Source of the DNA: Bdellovibrionales bacterium
GTDB taxonomy: Bacteria > Bdellovibrionota > Bdellovibrionia > Bdellovibrionales > JAGQZY01
Direction: 5' to 3'
Assembly: GCA_019750295.1 (NCBI GenBank)
Contig: JAIEOS010000110.1
Span: forward strand, 11,239 to 75,238
Length of the DNA: 64,000 nucleotides
Of the stretch, positions 50,697 to 59,566 are shown in pieces. Each line of letters begins with the position of its first letter. Position 1 is the first letter of the stretch. Position numbers and translations under genes: made by a program. The notes beneath the pieces are model-generated. The model saw only the letters and a program-made list of their open reading frames with translations. It did no database searches and had not been told where the DNA came from.

Positions 50697-50814
50697 ATGG
50701 AAAAACTCTCCGTTTCGAAATCCTCGAGAAGGAAATTCGCTTATAAAAGTGATGAATGCGGTGAATTCTTTGCCTAAGATATTAAAGGAGCAACATGGCT
50801 CGTCCTCAATATAA
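50697..50814 (+). pseudogene. Internally deleted, frameshifted remnant of the HAMP gene
   Basis: 5' context CGATTAAACTTCAACTATGGAAA matches the 47845 gene start. The 3' part encodes RNPREGNSLIKVMNAVNSLPKILKEQHGSSSI*, versus RNLRDGDELTEVMDAVNSLSKALKERHGSSSK* in the intact gene. Confidence 0.8.
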
Positions 50815-52363
50815 CAAAGGTTTTTCGTTAGCCTCGGTGATGGTGGGAGTTGCGATCGTAGGTATCGTTGCGGTGGGCACACTGTCACTTTTTGAAAACA
50901 TGACGAAGTCGCAGAACATGGCAGACTTTCGCACTCAGCGCGATGTCCTTGTGGAAGAGATTCGCGCACATCTGAGCGACACACAGGCCTGTCGTGCCAC
51001 CTTCGGCTCGATCTCGTTACTTACTAATGGACATACTGAAGCCATCACTCAAATTAGAAATGCCGATAACTCCGTAAAGTGGATGACCGCCACTCCGTAT
51101 TCGAGCAACACCTATCGCATTAGCAATTTAGTATTTAATTATACGCCCGGCACTACGGCGACGAATCCTTCCACGGCTACAGCCAATCTTATGGTGCAAC
51201 TTCAAGCGATAAAAAAAGTGGCTGGGATTAATGTTTCGGATCCAAAGTTTATCAACATTAGTATAAAGAGAAATCCGACAACTGGCGCGATGTTGGAATG
51301 CATCGCTTCCGCAAAAATGTCAGATGGGATTTGGCAGCGATCGAACAACGTGAATGACATCTTTTATGCTTCTGGCAACGTCGGCGTCGGTTCAGCTCTT
51401 CCTCAGTCGACATTTGAAATTTATCGTACAGGAACCTCCCCCAAGCTCACCATATGGAATCCCGAGGAACAGTCCGTCTTTTTTGAAATGGCGGGAACCG
51501 GGGGCGTCGGAGGTGCCGAAGGATTTGAAATTGAATATACAAACTCTGGAGACACTTACTTTAGAAATCGTTGGAACAATGGAATTCTCGGCAATATGTA
51601 CTTTCAAACAAGCACCAGCATTGGCACTCTGCAAAGACCTCTCACTTTAACTTGGGACGGGAACGTGGGAGTCGGTACAACAACTCCACAGACCAAACTT
51701 GAGGTGGCTGGGGAAATGAAAATTCAAAGCACCGGGGCTCCGTGTTCGCCAACCATTGAAGGATCGATTCGCTACATTGCGGCCACCAAAATCTTTGAGG
51801 GTTGTAATGGAACGGCTTGGATTCCGTTAGGTGGTGGAAATCCCGGTGGACTTTGTCCTCCGGGGTATAGAGACTACGGTTCGATCACCGCCAGTGGGGA
51901 AAAAGTTTGTGCTGTCGATCCGGGATCATCATGTTTTACTTCCACAACAAAAATCCGAATGCAAGATGGAACCAATAGATCAATCGCGGAGGTTGTTCCT
52001 GGGCAGCAAGTGGCTAGTGCAAGCGGGTTCGGTAATCAAGTTATTGCGGTAGAAAAGGTCCTGTTGGCCCAACGCCCTCTCGTTGGATTCAATGATGAAG
52101 AACCGTTTTTTACTCCCGAGCATCCTTTTCAAACGAAGCAGGGTTGGAAATCATTTTGGCCGGAAGAGACTTATCGTGAACATGGATTTCGCGTTCAAGA
52201 TATCTTAAAGGTAGGCGATCAAGTTTTAAAAGACGGGCAGTGGATCGCTGTTGATAGCGTGCGATCTCAAAGCGGTTTATCGTTCCAAGTGGTCTACAAC
52301 CTAGTGCTGGACGGAGATCACACCTATTGGGCTAATGGTTATTTGGTGCACAACAAACACTAG
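50795..52363 (+). CDS. Pilin-fibre hybrid 4 with C-terminal Hint (intein-like) domain
   Basis: Same constant N-terminus. Hint runs from C380: CFTSTT.I.M.DG, TPEHPF (block B TxxH), LKVGD, VYNL...DHTYWANGYLVHN-KH*. Confidence 0.85.
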   Translation: MARPQYNKGFSLASVMVGVAIVGIVAVGTLSLFENMTKSQNMADFRTQRDVLVEEIRAHLSDTQACRATFGSISLLTNGHTEAITQIRNADNSVKWMTATPYSSNTYRISNLVFNYTPGTTATNPSTATANLMVQLQAIKKVAGINVSDPKFINISIKRNPTTGAMLECIASAKMSDGIWQRSNNVNDIFYASGNVGVGSALPQSTFEIYRTGTSPKLTIWNPEEQSVFFEMAGTGGVGGAEGFEIEYTNSGDTYFRNRWNNGILGNMYFQTSTSIGTLQRPLTLTWDGNVGVGTTTPQTKLEVAGEMKIQSTGAPCSPTIEGSIRYIAATKIFEGCNGTAWIPLGGGNPGGLCPPGYRDYGSITASGEKVCAVDPGSSCFTSTTKIRMQDGTNRSIAEVVPGQQVASASGFGNQVIAVEKVLLAQRPLVGFNDEEPFFTPEHPFQTKQGWKSFWPEETYREHGFRVQDILKVGDQVLKDGQWIAVDSVRSQSGLSFQVVYNLVLDGDHTYWANGYLVHNKH

Positions 52364-53591
52364 AAGAGTCTTGGATGCGATTCGAGTAGTTCTTAAGTGC
52401 CGCTGAGCCCATCTCACTTTGCAAGAATTTATAAAGTTGGAAGATCGTGAAGCTTTTTTCGGTGAGTCCAAGTTCTCTTTTCAAAATCGAGAGATAAGCC
52501 TCGTTATGGGCGGCGACCCATTTTTCAACGGTGGCCGTAGCGACGGAGCCACTTTTAGTCATGAGAAAAAAAGAAGTGTCTCCCGAGGGATCCATCTGAT
52601 CGGCCACAGGAAGTTTTTGGGAACGATCAAAATCCAGTTGTCGTGTGAAGCCTAAATGTTCGGAGATCTCACTGACGAAATCAGCATCGGTGAGATCGCG
52701 AATATATATCTTTCCTGTAGGATGAAGATTCGAATCCAACTGGATCAAAAAGTTTTGCGAGTTCGGGGTTGCCATTTGTAAACCGTACCGAAGTAGAAGG
52801 AGAGCTTTGACGCGTCCGACGGGTTCGGCGTAATGTTTCTTCCAGAATATATCAAAGTTTTCGCCGTGTCGTTCTGCTAAAGTTTTCCCAAAGTAGGGAA
52901 TTGCAAAACCCGGCAGATAATAGTTTCCATCCTGAAGTGGAGTAAGATCACGCACGGAGATTCCGTTGCCCGTTTCTTTTTCGATCAGGGAGAGAACGTC
53001 AAAAAGGATTTGGAATGTTTTAGGCTTCCCCAGCTTTTGATCCATCGTTTGAATATGTTTTGTGCGCTCGGTGGCCACTTTAACAATGTCTCTCAGGTCT
53101 GCTTTTGAAGGTTGCTCAATACCTCGGTGGGGAAAGTTTGTAGGAGTTCGGTACGAAAACAGCTGGCTTTCCACCCAAAAGAATAAAGAACGAGACGCCG
53201 AAAAATAAACAGGTCGAGGATGGCTTTCGGGGAGTCCGTAAAAAGGAACACGAGATTCATCATTGTAGGGATGTTGCGGCCAGAGATAAGCGTCGCGAGA
53301 AATTTTAAAATAGCCCTCGATGCTGGCGCGGAGGTCCTCGGAGCCAGCCCACTTGATATCGACCGCCTGTCTTGGCGCTTCCGCAGATTCGATCATGACG
53401 GGCTCTGTAGGCTTGTGAAACTCCGGAAGATTCGCGGTCTGTTCCCAAAGAAGTAACTGAGGTATCGGATTTTTGAGATGAAGCTCTTGCACCACGGCCG
53501 AACGTTTATGGAAAACGTCTCGGCAAAAATAACTTTGAGAAAACGCAGCTTCAGTTACCGTTAGAAGCGCACAAATCAAGGCCCATTTCAT
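52332..53591 (-). CDS. Secreted protein with IucA/IucC (NIS-synthetase)-like motifs
   Basis: Signal peptide; PQHPYN, SASRSL, YGL...PNSQNFL and YIRDL.D. Confidence 0.55.
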   Translation of the reverse strand: MKWALICALLTVTEAAFSQSYFCRDVFHKRSAVVQELHLKNPIPQLLLWEQTANLPEFHKPTEPVMIESAEAPRQAVDIKWAGSEDLRASIEGYFKISRDAYLWPQHPYNDESRVPFYGLPESHPRPVYFSASRSLFFWVESQLFSYRTPTNFPHRGIEQPSKADLRDIVKVATERTKHIQTMDQKLGKPKTFQILFDVLSLIEKETGNGISVRDLTPLQDGNYYLPGFAIPYFGKTLAERHGENFDIFWKKHYAEPVGRVKALLLLRYGLQMATPNSQNFLIQLDSNLHPTGKIYIRDLTDADFVSEISEHLGFTRQLDFDRSQKLPVADQMDPSGDTSFFLMTKSGSVATATVEKWVAAHNEAYLSILKRELGLTEKSFTIFQLYKFLQSEMGSAALKNYSNRIQDSSSVCCAPNNH

Positions 53592-55892
53592 TTATTTCAC
53601 GTCCAATTCTTTATAAAGATAAATCCACGAGAGCGTATCACGGTACGCTTGTTCGTCGCTCGTCATCAGGGTGCCGCCGTGACCTCCCTTGGGATCCTCG
53701 TAAAAATAATGGCGGGATTGGAGCTCTTTAAGTCTTGCGGAAAATTTTCGAGCATGGCCGGGATGAACGCGGTCGTCATGGCGATTGGTTTTAATGAAAA
53801 CGGGAGGATATTTAACTCCGTCCTTGAGCTGATGGAGGGGGGAGTATTGGGCCCAAAAGTTTTTCTCGGTCGTTTCAGGATTTCCATATTCGGGCATCCA
53901 AGAAGGACCAGAAAGTAATTTGTGATATCTCGCCATATCGAGGAGGGGTATTTCGCAGATCACCGCTTTAAAAAGCTCTGGTCTCTGTGTCATTGCCACA
54001 CCTACGAGTAGTCCACCGTTGCTTCCTCCTTGAATCGCAAGCTTCGACGGAGATGTGATTCCTCTTCGAATAAGGTCCTCGGCGATACCGATAAAGTCGC
54101 GATAGCTGTTTGATTTATTTTCTTTAAGAGAAGACTCGTGCCAGTACTTGCCAAATTCCCGTCCTCCACGAATATTGGCCACAACGTAAACGCCACCTTT
54201 CTGAAGCCAAAGGTGTCCGACGTTGCCGATATATCCAGGGTTCATACTGACACCGAAACCGCCATAACCATAAACAAGAGTCGGTGCGGGTTTTTCGTTG
54301 TTCTCTAGATCTACTTTTTGAGGATCGTAGATGATAAAATAGGGCACGCGTATGTGTTTTCCGTTCTGATCTAAGCCTTGATCGATCCAAAGTTGCGAAA
54401 CTTTAAACTGCGCCGGATTGAAAATCTTAACGTCGGTGTCGACAAGCTCAAACGAAAAAGAATTATTTTCGGAGCGAACCGTATACTCTTTGTAGGGCTC
54501 CAGATGAGTGGATATAAATAAACGCAGTTTGTTCTCAGGGGGTTCAGAAACTACCGTCAAAGATTGAAACTCGCTCTGTTCCGGGATTTTAAACTCTTTC
54601 GGAGTCCAATGACCTGAATTCCATTGAAGGACTTTGAGTTCATCGCTGACGTTCTTGGAAATCTTTAGAAAAATCTGGTCATCGTCTTTTTTAGTCTTAT
54701 CATTGGTCACTAGTGAACCGCCTCCCAAAATGGAGTCGCTGGATTCATGTCGGTAAATGAGTGTCGGATTCATTTGAATCACTTGATCATTTTGATAATT
54801 CAGATGGACTGAAATGACGTCATCTTTTTTAAAATCGGCCCAATCCTCTTCTGTTTTTATGATAAGGTCATCACTATCCGTTGTGCCTAAAAGGTGGAGT
54901 TGCTTGGGGATTTGCAGCTGCGTGGATGTGTACTGGCCCGTAGATTGAAGATCCTGAAGTATATGTATATTTAAAACCTCACGACTGATGACCTCATACA
55001 CCATCAAAAAGTGAATTGGGTCTGTAATGACTTTTTGACTTTCCATCGCGCCAGCCGCCACGGTGATCGCCTCTTTTTGTGTTGAAAAGAGTGGCTTTTG
55101 TTCGGATGAGAAAGGTTCTCCACGCTTCCAAATATAGAGGTGGCGAGGATAGCCGATCTTTGTGACTAGCCCCATCTCGATCGCTGAGTCTAAATTGATA
55201 GGTTTTGTGGGATGCTTAAGGTTATAAAACGATAAGCCATCGAGGCCCACCACAAGATGGTTTTCATCAATCCACGTGAATGTAGTGCGAGTATGGAACA
55301 AGAAATTGAAGCTATTCTCTAGGACCCACATTTTCTTTTGAATATCGAATTCGTAAAAAACTTTTTTATCTCCGCCGGACTGACTAAAGCCGACTAAACA
55401 ACGTAAGGGCTCATTGGTTTTTTTATCTCGCCAACAATTGAAAGTTCCAAGAGATGGCGATGTGATTTCTTTTGGAAAAGGATTAGTCTTTATGAAAGCA
55501 TCAACATCAAGAATATTTTCCCAGGGAAGCGCCTCGACGGAGTTCTCCTGTTTGGCTTTGAGGTAAAGGTCTTTGTCGACTTTTCGATAAAGACCGTTCG
55601 GATGACTGTCGTCGGTATAAAATCCGTAAGCATAGTTTCCGTAGATTTTCGCTTTTGATTTGGCACGAATTTTAGAGTCTTGAATATAATTTTTAAAATA
55701 AGTCCGGATCGTTTTAAAATCGGCGTGTGATTCCAAGTTCTCAAGCGTCTCTGCATTCTGACTCTGGACAAATTGATCTGCGGTTGTGGACTGGATCTCC
55801 TCAAGCTCAGGGTATTGGGTGACACCAAATTCAAGCTGGGCGGCGAAAGCCACAGCACAAAAAGAAAAAACTACGATCAAGATCGACTTCAT
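53592..55892 (-). CDS. Secreted prolyl oligopeptidase (S9A)
   Basis: Signal peptide; YGYGGF, NIRGGREFG, GGSNGGLL, DDRVHP and GGH. Confidence 0.93.
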   Translation of the reverse strand: MKSILIVVFSFCAVAFAAQLEFGVTQYPELEEIQSTTADQFVQSQNAETLENLESHADFKTIRTYFKNYIQDSKIRAKSKAKIYGNYAYGFYTDDSHPNGLYRKVDKDLYLKAKQENSVEALPWENILDVDAFIKTNPFPKEITSPSLGTFNCWRDKKTNEPLRCLVGFSQSGGDKKVFYEFDIQKKMWVLENSFNFLFHTRTTFTWIDENHLVVGLDGLSFYNLKHPTKPINLDSAIEMGLVTKIGYPRHLYIWKRGEPFSSEQKPLFSTQKEAITVAAGAMESQKVITDPIHFLMVYEVISREVLNIHILQDLQSTGQYTSTQLQIPKQLHLLGTTDSDDLIIKTEEDWADFKKDDVISVHLNYQNDQVIQMNPTLIYRHESSDSILGGGSLVTNDKTKKDDDQIFLKISKNVSDELKVLQWNSGHWTPKEFKIPEQSEFQSLTVVSEPPENKLRLFISTHLEPYKEYTVRSENNSFSFELVDTDVKIFNPAQFKVSQLWIDQGLDQNGKHIRVPYFIIYDPQKVDLENNEKPAPTLVYGYGGFGVSMNPGYIGNVGHLWLQKGGVYVVANIRGGREFGKYWHESSLKENKSNSYRDFIGIAEDLIRRGITSPSKLAIQGGSNGGLLVGVAMTQRPELFKAVICEIPLLDMARYHKLLSGPSWMPEYGNPETTEKNFWAQYSPLHQLKDGVKYPPVFIKTNRHDDRVHPGHARKFSARLKELQSRHYFYEDPKGGHGGTLMTSDEQAYRDTLSWIYLYKELDVK

Positions 55893-55985
55893 TTGAATCC
55901 TTTTTTTATGAGATACGCCTTAATAACACCTTGCGAGATGAAAACAAAGGTTTCCCAAGATTCTGAAAAAAACTACAGGTCAGGG

Positions 55986-56357
55986 TCAGTAGAAGAGGGC
56001 GTAGGTGATCATTGGTCCCAGCTGCCAGGAGACGAGGTTAGCCAGGGTGGATGCTGTAAAGGTATATTTGAGTGGAATTTTAAACACAAAGTGGTGAAGG
56101 AGGGTCTCGGCGAAGATCGCGAACCCCTCGGCGACGAGGATTCCAGATAAGAATGAAATTTTTGCCGACATAATTACAAAAAAAACGATAGGGTGGGTCA
56201 TCATATTCGACAATGTCACCAGGAAGAAAAAGTCCCAGAGATCGTGGTGAATGCGAATCAACTTGAGGCGACGGACCTCTTTATAGATCATAAAATAGAA
56301 CGGCACCTCGAGTAAATTGGACTGCAGAAAAACGTAAAAGTAGGACAGTGAATTCAT
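55986..56357 (-). CDS. Small membrane protein
   Basis: Hydrophobic 123-aa ORF with LLEVP, N..THP, AE.FA and ANL.SW motifs; 4-bp overlap with the upstream gene. Confidence 0.6.
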   Translation of the reverse strand: MNSLSYFYVFLQSNLLEVPFYFMIYKEVRRLKLIRIHHDLWDFFFLVTLSNMMTHPIVFFVIMSAKISFLSGILVAEGFAIFAETLLHHFVFKIPLKYTFTASTLANLVSWQLGPMITYALFY

Positions 56358-56653
56358 GCTCGACGTCCCAATCGTCTTAAGAAGAATCCCGCCAAAGAAA
56401 ACTGGATCAGAATGTAAAAATAAATAAATAGATTATGATCACGCCCTTGATTAGGCATTATGACCGAATAATAGGGAGTAAGAATCGTTTCTTCCCAATA
56501 ATAATTTTTGAAGATCCCCACAGGAGTGAGCATCGTGGCGATTTCAAAAGTCACCCTGTAAGGGCTGATTAAGTTAAACTGTGAAATGAGAGAGAGTAAT
56601 AGAGGCGAGATGAGAATCAGTAGAATGATGAGAAGTTTTTGGTGTTTTATCAT
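56354..56653 (-). CDS. Small two-TM hypothetical protein
   Basis: 99 aa, hydrophobic termini, ATGA-type overlap with the next gene. Confidence 0.5.
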   Translation of the reverse strand: MIKHQKLLIILLILISPLLLSLISQFNLISPYRVTFEIATMLTPVGIFKNYYWEETILTPYYSVIMPNQGRDHNLFIYFYILIQFSLAGFFLRRLGRRA

Positions 56654-56700
56654 GTGCCCATAACTTTTAAGCTACGGGCACAAAGATTTAAAGTAAAATT

Positions 56701-57336
56701 TTACTTCTTGTAGAAACCGATAGTGCACATGTAATCGTTGTACACTTGTTTACTCACAGGGTTTACGTACTCTTGTTGGCAAACCATGTACATCGTGTAG
56801 GCTTTGCTGTCGACGAAGATGGAACCATTCTTAGTCACGGCGACCATTTTTGCCGTTTCTTTTCCATAGAAGCTGACGTACTCGCCTGGGAGATTGTTGT
56901 AAGGGTCAATTCCTTGAGCGATGAGATCGTTATCTGCGATCATCGGGAGCCATCCATCGAGTTTGAAGGTATCTCCAGAGTCTACATAGTCGGGACCGTT
57001 TTTAAACGCAGAAACGGAGCACATGTAGTCATCCTTAAACTGTTCTGTGAGTGGTGCCATATATTCGCGAGCACAATAGATGCTCACGACCCAACCTTTG
57101 CTGCGAATATCGAGAGAGCGATATTCAGTGGATAGATCACCGCCGGCAAATGCAATTTCGGGCATCGCTTCGAAGAACTTGTAAGTCTCTTTCCCGTAAA
57201 AAGAGAGGGGCTCGAATTCCAGTTTTCCGTGAGGGTGTACACCCTGAACTTCGATGTAGGGGATTGATGAATCGTTCGCTTGGGCGCTGAAAGCGGCACC
57301 AAACATCACAGCTGCGGCTAATAATGCTTTGATCAT
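56701..57336 (-). CDS. Secreted protein with two tandem homologous domains
   Basis: Signal peptide from MIKALL (57336); SFYGKET...C..EY..P......DYMC occurs twice. Confidence 0.65.
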   Translation of the reverse strand: MIKALLAAAVMFGAAFSAQANDSSIPYIEVQGVHPHGKLEFEPLSFYGKETYKFFEAMPEIAFAGGDLSTEYRSLDIRSKGWVVSIYCAREYMAPLTEQFKDDYMCSVSAFKNGPDYVDSGDTFKLDGWLPMIADNDLIAQGIDPYNNLPGEYVSFYGKETAKMVAVTKNGSIFVDSKAYTMYMVCQQEYVNPVSKQVYNDYMCTIGFYKK

Positions 57337-57580
57337 GTAAAACTCCAAATTTTGGGCACATCCTGGCCAGTTAATTTTCCTATGGAGGTGTAAATAGCCG
57401 CCAACGGGTGGATCTTTAAGTTTTTTGAAGAAATTCGGCGAAAATGTAAAAAAATCGGCCGTAATTCCCCGTAATCGACTGTGCAAACGGTAAGAAGTAC
57501 ACAAACTCATTGATTTTTGGGCAGTTTTGGATGATCTATAGAACTGATGAACCCACGCTTCGTGACCATTTCATAACTGC

Positions 57581-59566
57581 ATGTCTCAAATTTCTGTCAG
57601 CTTACCTGATAAATCGGTAAAAACATTTGATCATGAACCTACCATTCTCGAAGTGGCCCAAAGCATCGGTGCGGGACTCGCCAAGAATTGCGTGGGTGGC
57701 TACATCAACGGCAGCAAAGACATCGCTGATCTTCGCACGCTCCTAAAAAACGGTGATTCCATCAATATTGTGACGGCCAACTCAGAAGCGGGCTTGGAAG
57801 TTCTTCGTCACTCCGGGGCGCACATCATGGCCCAAGCGGTGCAAGAGTTATTTAAAAATGTCAAAGTCACCATTGGTCCAGTTGTCGAGAGCGGATTTTA
57901 TTATGACTTCGATCCCGAGCAACCCTTCTCGCAAGATGATCTTCAAAAGATCGAAGACAAAATGGCCGAGATCGTCAGTCGTAATCTTCCGATCAATCGC
58001 AAAAATTATCCCATCAACGAAGCCATCGAAATTTTTAAGAAGCTGGGCGAAAATTATAAAGTCGAACTCATCGAAGATTTGCGCGATAAACAAAATCAAA
58101 CCGAAGTTTCCATTTACTCCCAAGGCGACTGGTTTGATTTATGCCGTGGACCTCACACACAATCCACCGGTCAGGTGAAAGCGGTCAAGGTCATGTCCCT
58201 TGCCGGAGCTTACTGGCGTGGAGATCAGGCCAACAAACAGCTTCAGCGTGTGTATGGAACGGCCTTCAACGATAAAAAAGAACTCAAAGAGTATCTCCAC
58301 AACTTAGAGGAAGCGAAAAAACGCGATCACCGCAAGGTGGGTAAAGAGCTCGGACTGATCATGTTTCATGACTGGGCTCCGGGCATGCCGTTTTTCACTC
58401 CCAAGGGGGCGGTGATTTACAATGAGCTTTGCAATTACGTCCGCTCGCTTTACCGTAAGTATGGTTATCACGAGGTGATCACACCTCAAGTCTACGATGT
58501 CGTACTTTTTAAGACGTCGGGGCATTATTCTCATTACAAAGAAAACATGTACTTTAGCGAAATGGGCGACAAAGCGACTGTCGGGGTAAAACCGATGAAT
58601 TGTCCTGGACACTGTCTACTTTACGGGTCGGAGCTCCATTCGTATCGTGAGCTTCCGTACCGTGTGGCCGACTTCGGTCGTCTGCATCGCTACGAAGCCA
58701 GCGGAGCTCTTCACGGATTAACTCGTGTTCGCTCCATGTCTCAAGACGACGCTCATATTTTCTGTCGCGAAGATCAACTTCCTGCGGAAATGGAAAGCTT
58801 TATGACTTTCCTTCAAGAGGTTTACGGAACATTAGGCATGAACGATTATAAAGTTCTCATCGCCACTCGCCCTGAGAGCCGCATGGGAACCGATGAACAA
58901 TGGGATCGCTCTGAAGGCGCACTGATCAACGCCATGGAAAAACTGGGCGTCCCTTACAAGATTGCTGAAGGCGATGGCGCTTTTTACGGCGCCAAGATCG
59001 AAGTTCATTTTGTCGATATCATGAAGCGCACGTGGCAGTTGGGCACGATGCAGGTGGATTACATTCTTCCGGAGAACTTCGCGCTCAAATACATCGGTGA
59101 AGACAATGCTGAACATCGTCCAGTGATGCTCCACCGGGCGATTTTAGGCACGCTGGAGCGATTCATCGGAATTTATATCGAACATTGCGCCGGAAGATTT
59201 CCTCTTTGGTTATCTCCCGTTCAGGCCATCATTCTCAACGTGACCGATCGTCAAACGGCATATTGCCAAGAATTAAAGAAGAGGCTGTTCGACGCGGGCT
59301 TTAGAGTCGAATTTGATGATCGCAGTGAAAAGCTCGGTTACAAAATTCGCGAAGCTCAGATTAAACAAATTCCATATATGCTCATTATTGGCGACAAAGA
59401 GGTCGAGCAGGGCGTGGTGTCGGTGCGCTTACGATCCGGAGAAGTTTTAAACTTCCTCAACACCGAAGACTTTATTGAAAAATTAAAACAAGAGTACACC
59501 ACAAAGTCGTTGAGTACGCTTTTTGATGTACCAAAACCAAATCCAAACCAGGAGAAAAGCCATTAA
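57581..59566 (+). CDS. thrS: Threonine--tRNA ligase
   Basis: TGS domain, RHSGAH, DLCRGPH, KRDHRK, KPMNCPGH and HRAILGTLERF. Confidence 0.98.
   Translation: MSQISVSLPDKSVKTFDHEPTILEVAQSIGAGLAKNCVGGYINGSKDIADLRTLLKNGDSINIVTANSEAGLEVLRHSGAHIMAQAVQELFKNVKVTIGPVVESGFYYDFDPEQPFSQDDLQKIEDKMAEIVSRNLPINRKNYPINEAIEIFKKLGENYKVELIEDLRDKQNQTEVSIYSQGDWFDLCRGPHTQSTGQVKAVKVMSLAGAYWRGDQANKQLQRVYGTAFNDKKELKEYLHNLEEAKKRDHRKVGKELGLIMFHDWAPGMPFFTPKGAVIYNELCNYVRSLYRKYGYHEVITPQVYDVVLFKTSGHYSHYKENMYFSEMGDKATVGVKPMNCPGHCLLYGSELHSYRELPYRVADFGRLHRYEASGALHGLTRVRSMSQDDAHIFCREDQLPAEMESFMTFLQEVYGTLGMNDYKVLIATRPESRMGTDEQWDRSEGALINAMEKLGVPYKIAEGDGAFYGAKIEVHFVDIMKRTWQLGTMQVDYILPENFALKYIGEDNAEHRPVMLHRAILGTLERFIGIYIEHCAGRFPLWLSPVQAIILNVTDRQTAYCQELKKRLFDAGFRVEFDDRSEKLGYKIREAQIKQIPYMLIIGDKEVEQGVVSVRLRSGEVLNFLNTEDFIEKLKQEYTTKSLSTLFDVPKPNPNQEKSH

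Noticed and set aside
46589-52363. Classical shufflon or diversity-generating retroelement
   Set aside because: No Rci-like recombinase, inverted partial cassettes, sfx-like repeats, reverse transcriptase or adenine-specific TR/VR pair seen. Each copy is a complete gene.
51932-53591. Polymorphic toxin (PT-HINT) with downstream toxin/immunity pair
   Set aside because: The ORF stops two residues after HN, and the next gene is convergent and large.
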